A stretch of DNA of 44,770 bases from an uncultured Phycisphaerales bacterium (GCA_965651255.1 CBFGRU010000001.1:1-44770); one strand, 5' to 3'. Positions 8,929 to 19,351 are shown, counted from the first letter of the stretch. Program-made: numbers and translations. Notes: generated from the letters alone by a model not told the origin.

Positions 8929-10173
8929 TCAAGAGGTACCCGCCGGTCCAGCGGCGAGACCAAACGCATCATGCACCAGTTGGAGCGCTTGAATGCCGTA
9001 TTCCTTTGGAATGATGCAGGAGACCTTGATTTCGGAGGTGGTCACATTGGCGATATGGATGTTCGCATCACCCAGGGCGCGGAACATCGCTGCCGCTACA
9101 CCGGTATGCGTGCGCATGCCAAGGCCAACCGCGGAAACCTTGGCCAATCCAATCTCGAAGGCCACCTCCCCCACTCCGATTTCCTCAACGGCACGCAGGG
9201 CGATCGACTTTACATCAGCCAGGTCGGCATGATCGACGGTAAATGAAATCGTGCAGGTATCACCAAATTCGGTCTGCATGATGTCATCAACCAGAACATT
9301 CGCCTCGGCAATCCGATTGAAGATGCGCGCTTGCGTGCCGGGTCGGTTGGGTACACGGCGGATACTGACGCGACCGAGATCCGGCGTCAGAGCACACCCG
9401 ACTACACTTCGGGCTTCCATATCTGGCGACTCTTTCACGATCATCGTTCCGATATCCGGCCTTTGGCTGTGACGAACATGGATCGGGACATGATACTTGC
9501 TTCCGAACATCACGGCGCGATTGTGCATGACCCCCGCGCCAAGGGATGCCAGTTCGAGCATCTCCTCGTAGCTGATGCGATCCAGCTTGTGCGCGTTCTT
9601 CACTTTGCGCGGGTCCGCCGTGTAGATGCCATCAACATCCGTGTAAATCTCGCATGCATCGTCGGCCTGCCGTCCGACGCCGAGCGCGGCGGCCAGCGCG
9701 ACTGCGGTCGTGTCCGACCCTCCGCGCCCGAGCGTGGTGATCTCTCCCTGGTCGGTAACTCCCTGAAAGCCCGCCGCCACGATGACTTTGCCCTGATCGA
9801 GATGTTTCCGGAGTCGATCGACTTCCACCGTGCGAATTCGCGCTTTGGCATGGACATCATCGGTCAGGATGCCTGCCTGCCCGCCGGTGACACTGACCGC
9901 ATCGACTCCCGCATCCTGCAGGGCCATCGCCATCAGCGCAGTGGATACTTGTTCACCGGTTGCCATGAGCATGTCCAGTTCGCGCTTTGATGGCTGTTCG
10001 GACACCGAGTGCGCCAGCTCGATCAGATGATCGGTCGTATGCCCCATTGCGCTGACGACGACCACGACGGAGTGCCCGTTGGCGCGTGTTGATGCGGTGC
10101 GCTCTGCACACGCGCGGATGCGGTCAGGGTCGGCAACGCTGGTTCCGCCGTATTTCTGAACGATCACAGCCAT
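8929..10173 (-). CDS. lysC: Aspartate kinase
   Basis: MAVIVQKYGGTSVADPDRI N-terminus, 414 aa, with ACT-type C-terminal region. Confidence 0.94.
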   Translation of the reverse strand: MAVIVQKYGGTSVADPDRIRACAERTASTRANGHSVVVVVSAMGHTTDHLIELAHSVSEQPSKRELDMLMATGEQVSTALMAMALQDAGVDAVSVTGGQAGILTDDVHAKARIRTVEVDRLRKHLDQGKVIVAAGFQGVTDQGEITTLGRGGSDTTAVALAAALGVGRQADDACEIYTDVDGIYTADPRKVKNAHKLDRISYEEMLELASLGAGVMHNRAVMFGSKYHVPIHVRHSQRPDIGTMIVKESPDMEARSVVGCALTPDLGRVSIRRVPNRPGTQARIFNRIAEANVLVDDIMQTEFGDTCTISFTVDHADLADVKSIALRAVEEIGVGEVAFEIGLAKVSAVGLGMRTHTGVAAAMFRALGDANIHIANVTTSEIKVSCIIPKEYGIQALQLVHDAFGLAAGPAGTS

Positions 10174-10295
10174 GGCAATCCTGCGAATCGGGAGCGTGAA
10201 TGATTCAATGCTATCAGGATCATCATCGGCGCAAAGAACACACCATGTTCACGTTTCCCCAGCCATCTCGCATGACTGTTGAACTGACCCCGGCA

Positions 10296-12167
10296 TCACG
10301 ACGCTGCCAACTCACGTGATCGCTCCGCACGCTGCAGCCGTTTTCGGTCGCTCTCCTTCAGCAAGGACTTGCGAATGCGGATTGCCTTCGGGGTGACCTC
10401 GACCAACTCATCCTGTTCGATGTACTCCAGGGCGACTTCCAGCGGCATATCGCGCGCCGCTTTCAGCGTGACGGTTGCTTCCTTGTTTGCCTCGCGCATG
10501 TTGCTGAACGCCTTGGCCTTGACGATGTTGACTCCGAGATCATTGTCGCGGTTGTACTCCCCGACGATCTGCCCTTCATAGACCTGGTCACCGGGCCGGA
10601 CAAAGAGCACACCCCGGTCTGCAAGGTTCTGGCAGGCGTAGGCGGTTACCGAACCAGAATCGATTGCAATCATCACACCGTTGATTCGTTTGCGCCGATA
10701 GGGCTTGATCGGCTCATAGCGGTCGAATGTGTGATGCATGATCACTTCCCCGCCACCGGCATTCAGCAGGCGGGTTCGAAACCCGATGAGGGCGCGAGCT
10801 GGAATCTCACTTGTGATCCGCACCCGACCACTGAACGTATCGACATGCTTGACTTCGCCGTTGCGCCCGCCGAGCAATTCCATGACGGGGCCCATCGCTT
10901 CGGTCGGAGCGTCAATCGTGAGCCGCTCAATCGGCTCGCAGCGCACCCCGTTGATCGTCTTCTCTACGACTTCAGGCCGGCCCACGCCGAGCTCAAATCC
11001 CTCGCGGCGCATATTCTCGATCAGGATTCCGAGATGCAGGAGGCCACGACCGGAAACGCGGAACTGATCGGTCGTTGCACCTGGCTCGACGCGCAATGCG
11101 ACATTCGTCTGCAGTTCACGCTGCAACCTTTCCGCGAGCTGGCGTGAAGTGACGAACTTCCCCTCTTTCCCCGCGAAGGGAGAGTCATTCGCTCGAAAGA
11201 CCATGTGGAGCGTTGGTTCATCGACCTTCAATCGCGGCATGGCGATCGGGTTCTCCGCGTCGGCAATCGTGTCGCCGATGTCGATCCCCTCGATGCCCTC
11301 AATGGCACACAGATCGCCTGCATCAACAGTCTCGGTGGGAACACGACCGAGGCCTTCAAATCGCAACACGCGCAGAGCACGTGCATACTCGATTCGCCCA
11401 CCCTCTTTGCACACTGCGACACTCTGTCCTGAGTTCAAGCGACCGGAACTGATTCGGCCGATCGCGATGCGGCCGACATAGTCGGAGTACGCCAACGTCG
11501 TTACCAGCATCTGAAGTGGTGCGTTCACATCATCCGTCGGAGCGGGGACCTGATCGACGATCGCTTCGAACAACGCTTCAACATCGTTCGTCGGTTGATC
11601 CGGATCACGACTGGCCCATCCCTGACGACCCGCCGCGAAGATGGTTGTGAAATCCAGCGCTGCATCATCAGCGTGCAGGTCAACGAGCAGGTCGAAGACT
11701 TCATCCACCACAGCGTGCGGCCGGGCATCAGGTCGATCACACTTGTTCACCACCAGAATGATGCGCAGCCCCAGTTCGAGCGCCTTGGAGAGCACGAATC
11801 GGGTCTGCGGCATCGGCCCCTCGAACGCATCCACCAGTAGCAGCGCACCATCGGCCATGCGCAGCACTCGTTCAACTTCCCCCCCGAAATCGGCGTGGCC
11901 AGGCGTGTCGATAATGTTGATTCTGTAGCGCTTCCCCGCATGCGGCCCGCGGCTGAACTCGTATGAGACAGCGCAATTCTTGGAAAGGATCGTGATGCCA
12001 CGTTCGCGTTCCAGCGGGTTGGAGTCGAGGACGCACTCGGCAGACTCGCTGTCGCGCGAGACGACATTGGTCTGCGTCAGCATGGCATCGACCAGGGTGG
12101 TCTTGCCATGGTCTACGTGCGCAATGATCGCGACGTTGCGGAGAAGAGATAGAGCACGATCTGACAT
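10296..12167 (-). CDS. typA: Translational GTPase TypA/BipA
   Basis: [20 protein letters not shown]1 motif, DTPGHADF G3 motif, about 620 aa with EF-G-like architecture. Internal ATG 12167 preferred over the track start at 12200. Confidence 0.94.
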   Translation of the reverse strand: MSDRALSLLRNVAIIAHVDHGKTTLVDAMLTQTNVVSRDSESAECVLDSNPLERERGITILSKNCAVSYEFSRGPHAGKRYRINIIDTPGHADFGGEVERVLRMADGALLLVDAFEGPMPQTRFVLSKALELGLRIILVVNKCDRPDARPHAVVDEVFDLLVDLHADDAALDFTTIFAAGRQGWASRDPDQPTNDVEALFEAIVDQVPAPTDDVNAPLQMLVTTLAYSDYVGRIAIGRISSGRLNSGQSVAVCKEGGRIEYARALRVLRFEGLGRVPTETVDAGDLCAIEGIEGIDIGDTIADAENPIAMPRLKVDEPTLHMVFRANDSPFAGKEGKFVTSRQLAERLQRELQTNVALRVEPGATTDQFRVSGRGLLHLGILIENMRREGFELGVGRPEVVEKTINGVRCEPIERLTIDAPTEAMGPVMELLGGRNGEVKHVDTFSGRVRITSEIPARALIGFRTRLLNAGGGEVIMHHTFDRYEPIKPYRRKRINGVMIAIDSGSVTAYACQNLADRGVLFVRPGDQVYEGQIVGEYNRDNDLGVNIVKAKAFSNMREANKEATVTLKAARDMPLEVALEYIEQDELVEVTPKAIRIRKSLLKESDRKRLQRAERSRELAAS

Positions 12168-12234
12168 AAGCCGTGATGATAGGCGAGCGATGCGAAGCAA
12201 TCGCCGGCGTCTACTGAACTTCGCGAAGGGTCTG

Positions 12235-13752
12235 CTATGTCAGTTCCGAAAGGGCATGCATTGCGTCCTTCAACTGCCGATACATCCCCTCGTAAACCGG
12301 GCGGACCGACCGATATCGAGCACGGAGGTCTTCATCAACGGCAACCGTCTCCGAGATGCGGATACAGGAATCACATGCCTCCGGCACCGAACTCCAGAGG
12401 CCCACTCCAACGCCGGCAAGAATTGCGGCACCAAGGGCCGAACCTTCCGTTGAATCGGGTCGGGCAACCGGGCACTCAAAGGCAGCCGAGAGGATCGAAC
12501 TCCAGAGATCGGATTTGGCCCCACCTCCGATCAGTCGGACTTCTTCGGTTGATACCCCCATCGCTCGAACCAGATCAAGGATGGCGGCCATGGTAAACGC
12601 AACACCCTCGAGAACCGCGCGGGTCAGGTGCGGCCTCCGGTGTCGGGCCGAAAGACCGATGAAGGCCGCTCGAGCTCGTGGGTCGCTTACGGGGCATCGT
12701 TCACCGGAAAGATACGGCAGAAAGGTCAGGCCGTTTGCGCCACCGTCAATTGCGGCCGCTTCTTCATCAAGATCACGAAAACTCATCGTCGGGCAGAACG
12801 CTTCCCGGTACCACTCCATCGCCCCCGCGGCAGAGAGTGTGCACCCATAGGTACACCATTCTCCTTCGATCGCACTGCACATGGTTTGTAATGTCGCGGG
12901 CATTGAATCGGGAAGTGTCGTCCCGAGATGAGCAAAAACGACTCCGGACGTCCCCAGCGTAGCGCTCACGCGCCCGGGTCTGACGATGCCCGTTCCGATC
13001 GCTCCGGTCATTTGATCGCCTGATCCGGCCACGACAGGAATACCCGGTTCGAGACCGGTTGCCTTTCCCGCCCACTCGCTCACCACGCCGATGATCTCGT
13101 GCGAATTCACAACCCGTGGCAGAATGGTTTGATCCAGCTGCAACGCATTGAGAAGCCCCTGGTTCCATTGCCGACATTCCGGGTCAAAGAGCCCGAATCC
13201 TGATGCATCGCCGACGTCCGTGGCAAGGTCACCGGTCAGCCGAAAACGGACAAAGTCCTTGGGATTGATCACCACACCGAGTCGTTTGAATGACTCCGGC
13301 TCATGATCGCGCAGCCAGAGTATCTTCGGCGCAGTGAGCCCGGTGAGAGCCGTGTTTCCGGTAGCCCTCAGGAGACGTTCTTCGCCACCGGCCGCATCCA
13401 GAATTGCTTTGCATTGGATGGTCGTGCGCTGATCGTTCCAAAGGAGCGCTGGTCGAAGAGCACGCACTTGCGGCGAATCGGCCCCGGCGGGAAGAAACAC
13501 ACTGCCGTGCATCTGCCCGGAAAGTCCAATGCATTCAATCCTGCCGCGGTCGGAATCAACTCCACCCAACGCCGCGCGAATCGCGTGGACCGTTGCCTGC
13601 CACCACGTCTCTGGGTCCTGCTCCGACCACCCTTCACGTGGACGAAGCGTCTCATGCCGATGTTCAGCGCTGGCAACCACCGCACCGCGATCGTCCATGA
13701 CAACACACTTGGTGCTGGACGTGCCGACATCAATTCCGAGTAATCGGGGCAT
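12235..13752 (-). CDS. xylB: FGGY-family carbohydrate kinase, probable xylulokinase
   Basis: LLGIDVGTSSTKCVV, WNDQRT and GSGDQMTGAIGTG motifs. ATG 13752 preferred over 13785. Confidence 0.82.
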   Translation of the reverse strand: MPRLLGIDVGTSSTKCVVMDDRGAVVASAEHRHETLRPREGWSEQDPETWWQATVHAIRAALGGVDSDRGRIECIGLSGQMHGSVFLPAGADSPQVRALRPALLWNDQRTTIQCKAILDAAGGEERLLRATGNTALTGLTAPKILWLRDHEPESFKRLGVVINPKDFVRFRLTGDLATDVGDASGFGLFDPECRQWNQGLLNALQLDQTILPRVVNSHEIIGVVSEWAGKATGLEPGIPVVAGSGDQMTGAIGTGIVRPGRVSATLGTSGVVFAHLGTTLPDSMPATLQTMCSAIEGEWCTYGCTLSAAGAMEWYREAFCPTMSFRDLDEEAAAIDGGANGLTFLPYLSGERCPVSDPRARAAFIGLSARHRRPHLTRAVLEGVAFTMAAILDLVRAMGVSTEEVRLIGGGAKSDLWSSILSAAFECPVARPDSTEGSALGAAILAGVGVGLWSSVPEACDSCIRISETVAVDEDLRARYRSVRPVYEGMYRQLKDAMHALSELT

Positions 13753-13790
13753 CGATCCAGTGTACCGGATCCGGGTTCCCCTCAATCACT

Positions 13791-15380
13791 TCAACGCTGA
13801 CGCGGAAATGATTGTTTTCCACGGTGACGATCAGCGGCTGACGACCGACGCGGCGTGATGATCATCTCGCCCTGGAGCGTGTTGACAGTAGGCCGAGAAA
13901 CCCGCCACTCGACATTGTCAATCATGTCGGCGACATCGATCAATCGCTGCACACTGCCATCGATGCGCGAAACATCCTCGGGTAGGGCGAGCTGCCGGAA
14001 AATGGGGCGCAGACCGCGCAAATGGTCAGCCGCACGGCCGCCAGATGCCCGTCCCCAAGCGGCCAGCGGCGCAGCGGCATCGATATGTACATCGGAGGTA
14101 GATTCCGCTTCGAGCGCCGTCACGACATCGCGCAAATGATCGGGGTTCGATGAAATGACCCACCAGTGCTCACCGGGCTTGTTCATCACCGTCCAACTCA
14201 GCGAGAACTCGCTCGCAGGAGTCATGCCCGGCAAGAGGGCGCGCCCAACTGTCGGCAAGTCGATGTGGTAAACCTGGTCTTCCTGCAGAACGTTCGCGTC
14301 GCTTGGCGCGTGGTCACCGGATGCCTGGCGAAGTGATGTCGCCAGCTTCTGCATGGATGCGCGAAACGATTCGCCAGTGATTGAGTTCGGTGCCCGCATC
14401 TCAACGGCAACGGCGACAGCGGGCAAGGTGCTCATCTCACCTTCCTTCACCTGACCGGACTCAGTCTCGCCAAACACCCAGACAATGCGCTCGCCGATAG
14501 CGTTCCGAATCGAGTCACTCTGCAATTCATTTCCGAGCAGGACCATCTGCAGAAACGTTGCCGCGAATCCGTCGGTTTGATCGATTGGTGTGGCGATGGA
14601 GAGAACTGACTTCTCGGCAAAACGTTGGGCGATAGAGAGGTCGAGCGCCCGGCTCGGGACGCGAGAGGTCAAGGGCGACATGGTGAAGTTTGAGGCATGT
14701 CGAACCTGCACCACACCGTTCTCAAACGCAAATGAAGCTGCCGTCCATCCACCCATCGGCGGGTCATGTCGCACGAGCAGATTCACTGCACCAGGTGGAA
14801 TGTTCTGAATCTGGCCCAGCACCGGATCATCCGCGAGGGTGGGCACCGTCTCGCCACCGACCAGTCGAATCATCTCTGAAAGCAGCGTGCTGTTCGTCGA
14901 AGGTCCGGCGAGCATGTAGGCGCCACGATGAGCAAGCAGCAATTCCTGTTCAGGCAGGCGACGCATCGCCACGCCACGTCCGCCGCTGAGAATCTGAGCG
15001 CGCAGTTCAAGTGTAACTTTCTCGAACGTGATCGGGTCAATCTCGGAGATCACTGCCCATTCGCGCCGACCACCATTCGTGCGTGTCACAAGTGTCAATC
15101 GTCTTCCGGCGAGGTCGTCAAACAGCGCTCCGTCATCTCGCCGACTGAGCCGAGCAAGTGAACTCCAGACCTGCTCGATCTCTTCGCTGAGCACAGTGCG
15201 AATCAGAACATCCCCGATACCCTCTGCGCGAAGCGCCGCCGCGAGTGCCGCGCCACGTTCAAGCTGCACGCAGGAACTGACATCGCGCGGAATGAACCCC
15301 GCATGAGCGAAGTGCCGCTTTTCGATCGGAGCTCCACCGATCGATGCGATCAGCAGGATAAACAGGGTCAGAATTGACAT
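13791..15380 (-). CDS. Hypothetical secreted/periplasmic protein
   Basis: 529 aa with hydrophobic N-terminus MSILTLFILLIASIGG. No family recognised. It lies 9 nt downstream of the putative anti-sigma gene on the same strand. Confidence 0.6.
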   Translation of the reverse strand: MSILTLFILLIASIGGAPIEKRHFAHAGFIPRDVSSCVQLERGAALAAALRAEGIGDVLIRTVLSEEIEQVWSSLARLSRRDDGALFDDLAGRRLTLVTRTNGGRREWAVISEIDPITFEKVTLELRAQILSGGRGVAMRRLPEQELLLAHRGAYMLAGPSTNSTLLSEMIRLVGGETVPTLADDPVLGQIQNIPPGAVNLLVRHDPPMGGWTAASFAFENGVVQVRHASNFTMSPLTSRVPSRALDLSIAQRFAEKSVLSIATPIDQTDGFAATFLQMVLLGNELQSDSIRNAIGERIVWVFGETESGQVKEGEMSTLPAVAVAVEMRAPNSITGESFRASMQKLATSLRQASGDHAPSDANVLQEDQVYHIDLPTVGRALLPGMTPASEFSLSWTVMNKPGEHWWVISSNPDHLRDVVTALEAESTSDVHIDAAAPLAAWGRASGGRAADHLRGLRPIFRQLALPEDVSRIDGSVQRLIDVADMIDNVEWRVSRPTVNTLQGEMIITPRRSSAADRHRGKQSFPRQR

Positions 15381-15389
15381 GTCATCAAA

Positions 15390-15839
15390 TCAGAGCAACC
15401 CGGACCAGGGAACCGGTGAACGATCATCTGGCACAGGTCGGACCGGATCCAAAATCGGCTCCTCGTTTGAAACCGGAGCATCAAAGACCGATTCCTGAGG
15501 AACCAAGAAGAGCCGCCGCGCATGATCAACCGTGCGAACCCATGCCTGACGTGTGGCTTCACGCTCACGAGCCACCGAATCCAGCACCTGGCTCAACGTT
15601 ACGGCATCGGGCCTACGCGCACGATCGCTGTTTGCATGCAACATCAAAGCCCCGCACGCCGTTGCCAGCATGCCCAAGGCGACCAACCCGCGCCCTGCGC
15701 GCCGGCGAAAGCGATGTCGCCGGGCCTGATTGGCATCCAACTTCGCATAGCCAAGACGCATCATGATCTGATCCGTCATATCCGGCGCTGCGTTTCGTTC
15801 GGAACCGAGATGGTTCGTCGATGAACGGCTCACTGCCAC
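15390..15839 (-). CDS. Putative single-pass membrane anti-sigma factor (position-based)
   Basis: It overlaps the stop of the ECF sigma gene by 10 nt; the alternative ATG is at 15779. There is one hydrophobic segment, GLVALGMLATACGALML. No ZAS HxxxCxxC motif. The call rests on context only. Confidence 0.4.
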   Translation of the reverse strand: MAVSRSSTNHLGSERNAAPDMTDQIMMRLGYAKLDANQARRHRFRRRAGRGLVALGMLATACGALMLHANSDRARRPDAVTLSQVLDSVAREREATRQAWVRTVDHARRLFLVPQESVFDAPVSNEEPILDPVRPVPDDRSPVPWSGLL

Positions 15840-16414
15840 ACTTCCTCCAGCCGACGGAGTTGCTCTTCATCAGCCGTCATGGCCTGCTTCATGCGTTTCC
15901 GCGCGCGGTGCAGGTGACTCTTGATCGTGCCTTCGGGCATGTCGAGATGTTCAGCGATCGAACTGATGGGCCAGTTCTGGTTGTGAAAGAGAATCACAAT
16001 CTCACGCTGCTGCTCATTGAGCGTGAGCATGGCCTGATCGATGGCATCCCGCGCGTTGGTACGAATCTCGGTCTCCATCAAGGACCGTTCCGGCGCATCA
16101 CCGTTACCCTGCCAGGCATCGACCACTTCCGATTCGAACGCCGGCGCGTGCTTCTGTACCTGGTTCATGTACAGGCGCTTGGCAATCGTGAATACCCATG
16201 TTGAGAAACGAAATCGCGGGTCGAAGCGATCAAGATTCTTCAGGACCCTCACGAATGCTTCCTGAACGACATCTTCCGCAACTTCGGGGCGGCCGGTCAT
16301 GCGCAGCATGAAAGCGTAAAGCGATGCCTGGTGATGACGGATCAGGTCCTCGATCGCCGTCGCATCCCCCCGCTTCGCGCGACGAATCAGTTTGAGTTCT
16401 GCAGCTTTGGTCAT
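15830..16414 (-). CDS. ECF-type RNA polymerase sigma factor
   Basis: Region 2 (LYAFMLRMTGRPEVAEDVVQEAFVRVLKNLDRFD...FSTWVFTIAKR) and region 4 (REIVILFHNQNWPISSIAEHLDMPEGTIKSHLHRARKRM). ATG 16414 preferred. Confidence 0.9.
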   Translation of the reverse strand: MTKAAELKLIRRAKRGDATAIEDLIRHHQASLYAFMLRMTGRPEVAEDVVQEAFVRVLKNLDRFDPRFRFSTWVFTIAKRLYMNQVQKHAPAFESEVVDAWQGNGDAPERSLMETEIRTNARDAIDQAMLTLNEQQREIVILFHNQNWPISSIAEHLDMPEGTIKSHLHRARKRMKQAMTADEEQLRRLEEVWQ

Positions 16415-16494
16415 AGAAGGATCTCGCCGTCTAAGGGTAACACCCATCCAGCAAGAGGTTGCGAAAATTCCACACCCATGGCCCACACACGAAC

Positions 16495-16519
16495 AAAGCC
16501 CGACTATTCATCGGACTTT
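16495..16519 (-). terminator. Probable intrinsic terminator after the B12-binding-like gene
   Basis: 9-bp stem AAAGCCCGA/TCGGACTTT. Its one imperfect position is G-U on the minus-strand RNA but C-A on the plus strand. On the minus strand it is followed by UUUGUUCGUGUG. Confidence 0.5.
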
Positions 16520-16578
16520 GTCCGGGGCAGTTTCCGGTGGATGGAAACGAAAAGACTGTTCTAAGACTCAAACCAAGA

Positions 16579-17292
16579 TCAAGCTGCCTTGCTCGCGCGG
16601 CGGGTCCGGCCGACAGTTCGCTGTTCTTCTGTGGCGCGTCGATTCCGTTGTGTAGTCAGGATCTCCAGCAATGAAGCGGGATCGTCGGCCCACAGGTCGG
16701 CGCCAATCTCCTCCGCCAGCCCTTCCGCACGTTTGAAGACACCGCCGCCGACCACGACCTGAAGATCGGGCTGCGCGTTGACTTCGCGCACATGGTCAAT
16801 GATCTGCCTGATGCCCGGAGCATCCTGCGGGGCTGCTGCGAACATAAGCAGAATGTCGGCGCGTCGCTCTGAGACCTCCGCGAGAATCTCATCCGATGCC
16901 ACACCGCCACCGCCGAAGTACACCTCGTAGCCGTCGGCTTCGGCCAGGTCGGACACCATCTGGCCCGCCAGCTCTTCAGTTTCACTGGGACCACAGTACA
17001 GACAGATCGTGCGGCCGCGTGAGGGCTTCTGTGCATATTCCGCTTGCGCCTGGTCGAGCAGTGTGCGCAGAATGCGCGTTGCGTAGTGGTGTGCGGTAAT
17101 TGACAACTGATCCGCCCGGAAGAGCTTGTCAACCAGCTCAATCGTTGGCCAGTACAGGGAAAGAGAAAGATCCTCAGGCGTCAGGCCGCCTCGGACCGCA
17201 TCGGCCACGACTTCGCGGACGGCCGGTCGATGGCCACAGATGAGAGCTTGAAAGAGGCGTTCAGTCAGAATCTCAATGTTTGCACGTGCCAT
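16579..17292 (-). CDS. Stand-alone cobalamin (B12)-binding-domain-like protein
   Basis: ATG 17292 is preceded by GAGGAG. It has an N-terminal helical cap (LYWPTIELVDKLFRADQLSITAHHYATRIL). A Rossmann-like B12-binding region follows (ICLYCGPSETEELAGQMVSDLAEADGYEVYFGG...VVVGGG). No DNA-binding domain. Confidence 0.72.
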   Translation of the reverse strand: MARANIEILTERLFQALICGHRPAVREVVADAVRGGLTPEDLSLSLYWPTIELVDKLFRADQLSITAHHYATRILRTLLDQAQAEYAQKPSRGRTICLYCGPSETEELAGQMVSDLAEADGYEVYFGGGGVASDEILAEVSERRADILLMFAAAPQDAPGIRQIIDHVREVNAQPDLQVVVGGGVFKRAEGLAEEIGADLWADDPASLLEILTTQRNRRATEEQRTVGRTRRASKAA

Positions 17293-17551
17293 GATGGCAA
17301 TCTCCTCAGTTCTCGTGTCCGCGGCGCCTCCGGCGGTCCGGCACGAGGTTCCAGGTCTTGCAGCCGCATCCACTGGCCGCGTGTGCTTGGCATCACCGCC
17401 CTTCACATCGAGCAATTCCACTCGGCGGCTGGAGTCTGGACTGATGCTGTTTTCTGACGAGAATCGCCGTTTTTATGTGCAACTCGTGGCGAACAGTTAT
17501 CCGGACATCATGGAACGATGGTCCGCATAACTCCGCTTCGAGGGCGATAAG

Positions 17552-18325
17552 TCACATGCGTCGCACTGCACGATAGAGCAGACACACACCAAAGGTCATG
17601 CGACGAACCGAAACGTCCGAAAACCCCGCTTCGGCAATGGAAGCTGAGAGTTGTTCGACATTCGCGAACGTATCGATCGACCTTGGCAGATATCGGTATG
17701 CTCCGCTCCGATCGCGTGCGATCAGGGTGGCCGTGAGCGGCATGATCCGCTTCGTATACAGGTCGTTACAGATTCGAACGATGGGATTCCGCGGACGCCC
17801 GAATTCAAGAATGATCAAGCGACCTCCCGGTCGAAGCACCCGGTAGAACTCCATGATCGCCTTGTTTGGTTGCTGCACGTTCCGAATGCCGAATGCGATT
17901 GACACGATGTCAAACGAGCCATCGGCGTACGGAAGATTTGTCGCATCACCTTGAACGTACTGAATGCCATACCCCGCCCCCGCGGCCTTATGCCTGGCGA
18001 TCTCGAGCATGCCGGCGGTAAAGTCCAAACCGGTGACCGACCGAACGCCCGCACGATAGAAGGCCTGAGCGAGATCCCCGGTTCCACATGCGGCATCGAG
18101 AACCTCATCGGTCGAAGTCGGTTGCGCAGCGCGGACAGCGGCACGTCGCCAGGCCTGATCACGACCAAACGAATGCACCCGGTTGTTCAGATCATACGAC
18201 CGCGCAATCGCATCAAACATGCGTTGAACCCGCGCGGCCTTATCGTTTGCCTCGTGGGGATTCACGGAAAGATCGCGATCCGTCCAGATCGCCTTGGAAG
18301 TTTCAGCTCGAGGGGTGGTCTTCAC
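17552..18325 (-). CDS. ubiE: Demethylmenaquinone/ubiquinone methyltransferase
   Basis: VQRMFDAIARSYDLNNRVHSFGRDQAWRR and SAM motif LDAACGTGDLA. The track ORF extends to 18460 and would overlap the divergent M48 gene. GTG 18325 is a guess; the start is uncertain. Confidence 0.82.
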   Translation of the reverse strand: MKTTPRAETSKAIWTDRDLSVNPHEANDKAARVQRMFDAIARSYDLNNRVHSFGRDQAWRRAAVRAAQPTSTDEVLDAACGTGDLAQAFYRAGVRSVTGLDFTAGMLEIARHKAAGAGYGIQYVQGDATNLPYADGSFDIVSIAFGIRNVQQPNKAIMEFYRVLRPGGRLIILEFGRPRNPIVRICNDLYTKRIMPLTATLIARDRSGAYRYLPRSIDTFANVEQLSASIAEAGFSDVSVRRMTFGVCLLYRAVRRM

Positions 18326-18400
18326 AGTGGGTGATACTATGTTGCAGGCGGACGAATGGAACTGATTGTGTCCGAGTTGGTTCGACGGAAGGAGTTTGAC

Positions 18401-19351
18401 ATGAGCATGCGTTTGGTGATTGTCCTCATCTTGGCTTCGGCGTTTCTGGCCATTGCCCAAGGGTGCCAGACCAACGAAGCGACGGGGAGACGCCAGTTTG
18501 CCATTCTCTCACGAGAAGAGGAAATCCAGCTCGGTACACAGGCGATGCCTGAACTCGTGCAGCAGTACGGTGGCGAATCGCGATCGTCCGCCTTGCGCGC
18601 GTACGTCGAAGAAATCGGCATGCAACTGGCGCGGGAAACCGAGGGTGATTATGTCAGTCTTCCCTGGGAGTTTACCGTACTTGAATCAGATGTCATCAAT
18701 GCGTTTGCCCTTCCCGGCGGGAAAGTATTCATCAGCCGCGGCCTGATGGATTACTTCGAGAATGAAGCGCAGCTGGCTGCCGTTCTCGGACACGAAGTCG
18801 GACATGTCACCGCTGAGCATACGGATGAGCGAGTCAGCCACGCTATGGTTGTTGCAGGTATTGCCGAGGTCGCCGGAACCGTAGCAGGTCAATCACAATC
18901 CGCATGGTCGCAGGTCGTCCCGCTCATTGTCGGTGCCAGTGGCCAGGGTTACCTCCTGAAGTTCGGCCGCGACCAGGAGAGTGAAGCAGATGCACTCGGG
19001 GTCAAGTACATGGTTCGAGCGGGCTACAATCCAACGGGAATGCAGCATCTTCTCCAGGTGCTGATCGATGCGAGTGCCGGCTCATCGACACCAGAGATTC
19101 TTTCGACACACCCCGATCCATCACGCCGGCTGAGGGATATCACCGTTCTCATTGACCGCGAGTATGCAGACACCCTCTCGAACCCCAACTTCGTCATGAA
19201 CGAACAGCGTTGGAACGACCGTGCACGGCCCCATTTGAAACCACTCAGCAGTCGATCGGGCAATGGAACTGGAGTGGAGAACGCCGGCCTTTTGGCGCAA
19301 ACATGGTGCCAGCACTGTCGAGAGGCAAGCACAAACCCCACTGGAATGTAG
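18401..19351 (+). CDS. M48-family zinc metallopeptidase, probable lipoprotein
   Basis: ATG 18401 is preceded by GGAAGGAG. Signal and lipobox-like sequence MSMRLVIVLILASAFLAIAQGC. HEVGH zinc site and ALPGGKVFISRGL are typical of M48/BepA-like peptidases. Confidence 0.85.
   Translation: MSMRLVIVLILASAFLAIAQGCQTNEATGRRQFAILSREEEIQLGTQAMPELVQQYGGESRSSALRAYVEEIGMQLARETEGDYVSLPWEFTVLESDVINAFALPGGKVFISRGLMDYFENEAQLAAVLGHEVGHVTAEHTDERVSHAMVVAGIAEVAGTVAGQSQSAWSQVVPLIVGASGQGYLLKFGRDQESEADALGVKYMVRAGYNPTGMQHLLQVLIDASAGSSTPEILSTHPDPSRRLRDITVLIDREYADTLSNPNFVMNEQRWNDRARPHLKPLSSRSGNGTGVENAGLLAQTWCQHCREASTNPTGM

Noticed and set aside
10174-10295. Lysine riboswitch (L-box) upstream of lysC
   Set aside because: The gap is only 122 nt, too short for a five-helix L-box plus expression platform. 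None of the conserved L-box segments I know are visible.
17293-17551. Cobalamin riboswitch in the 259-nt region upstream of the B12-binding-like gene
   Set aside because: GCCAGUG (17371-17377, minus sense) only loosely resembles the B12 box GCCACUG. The other conserved cobalamin-riboswitch elements are not evident.
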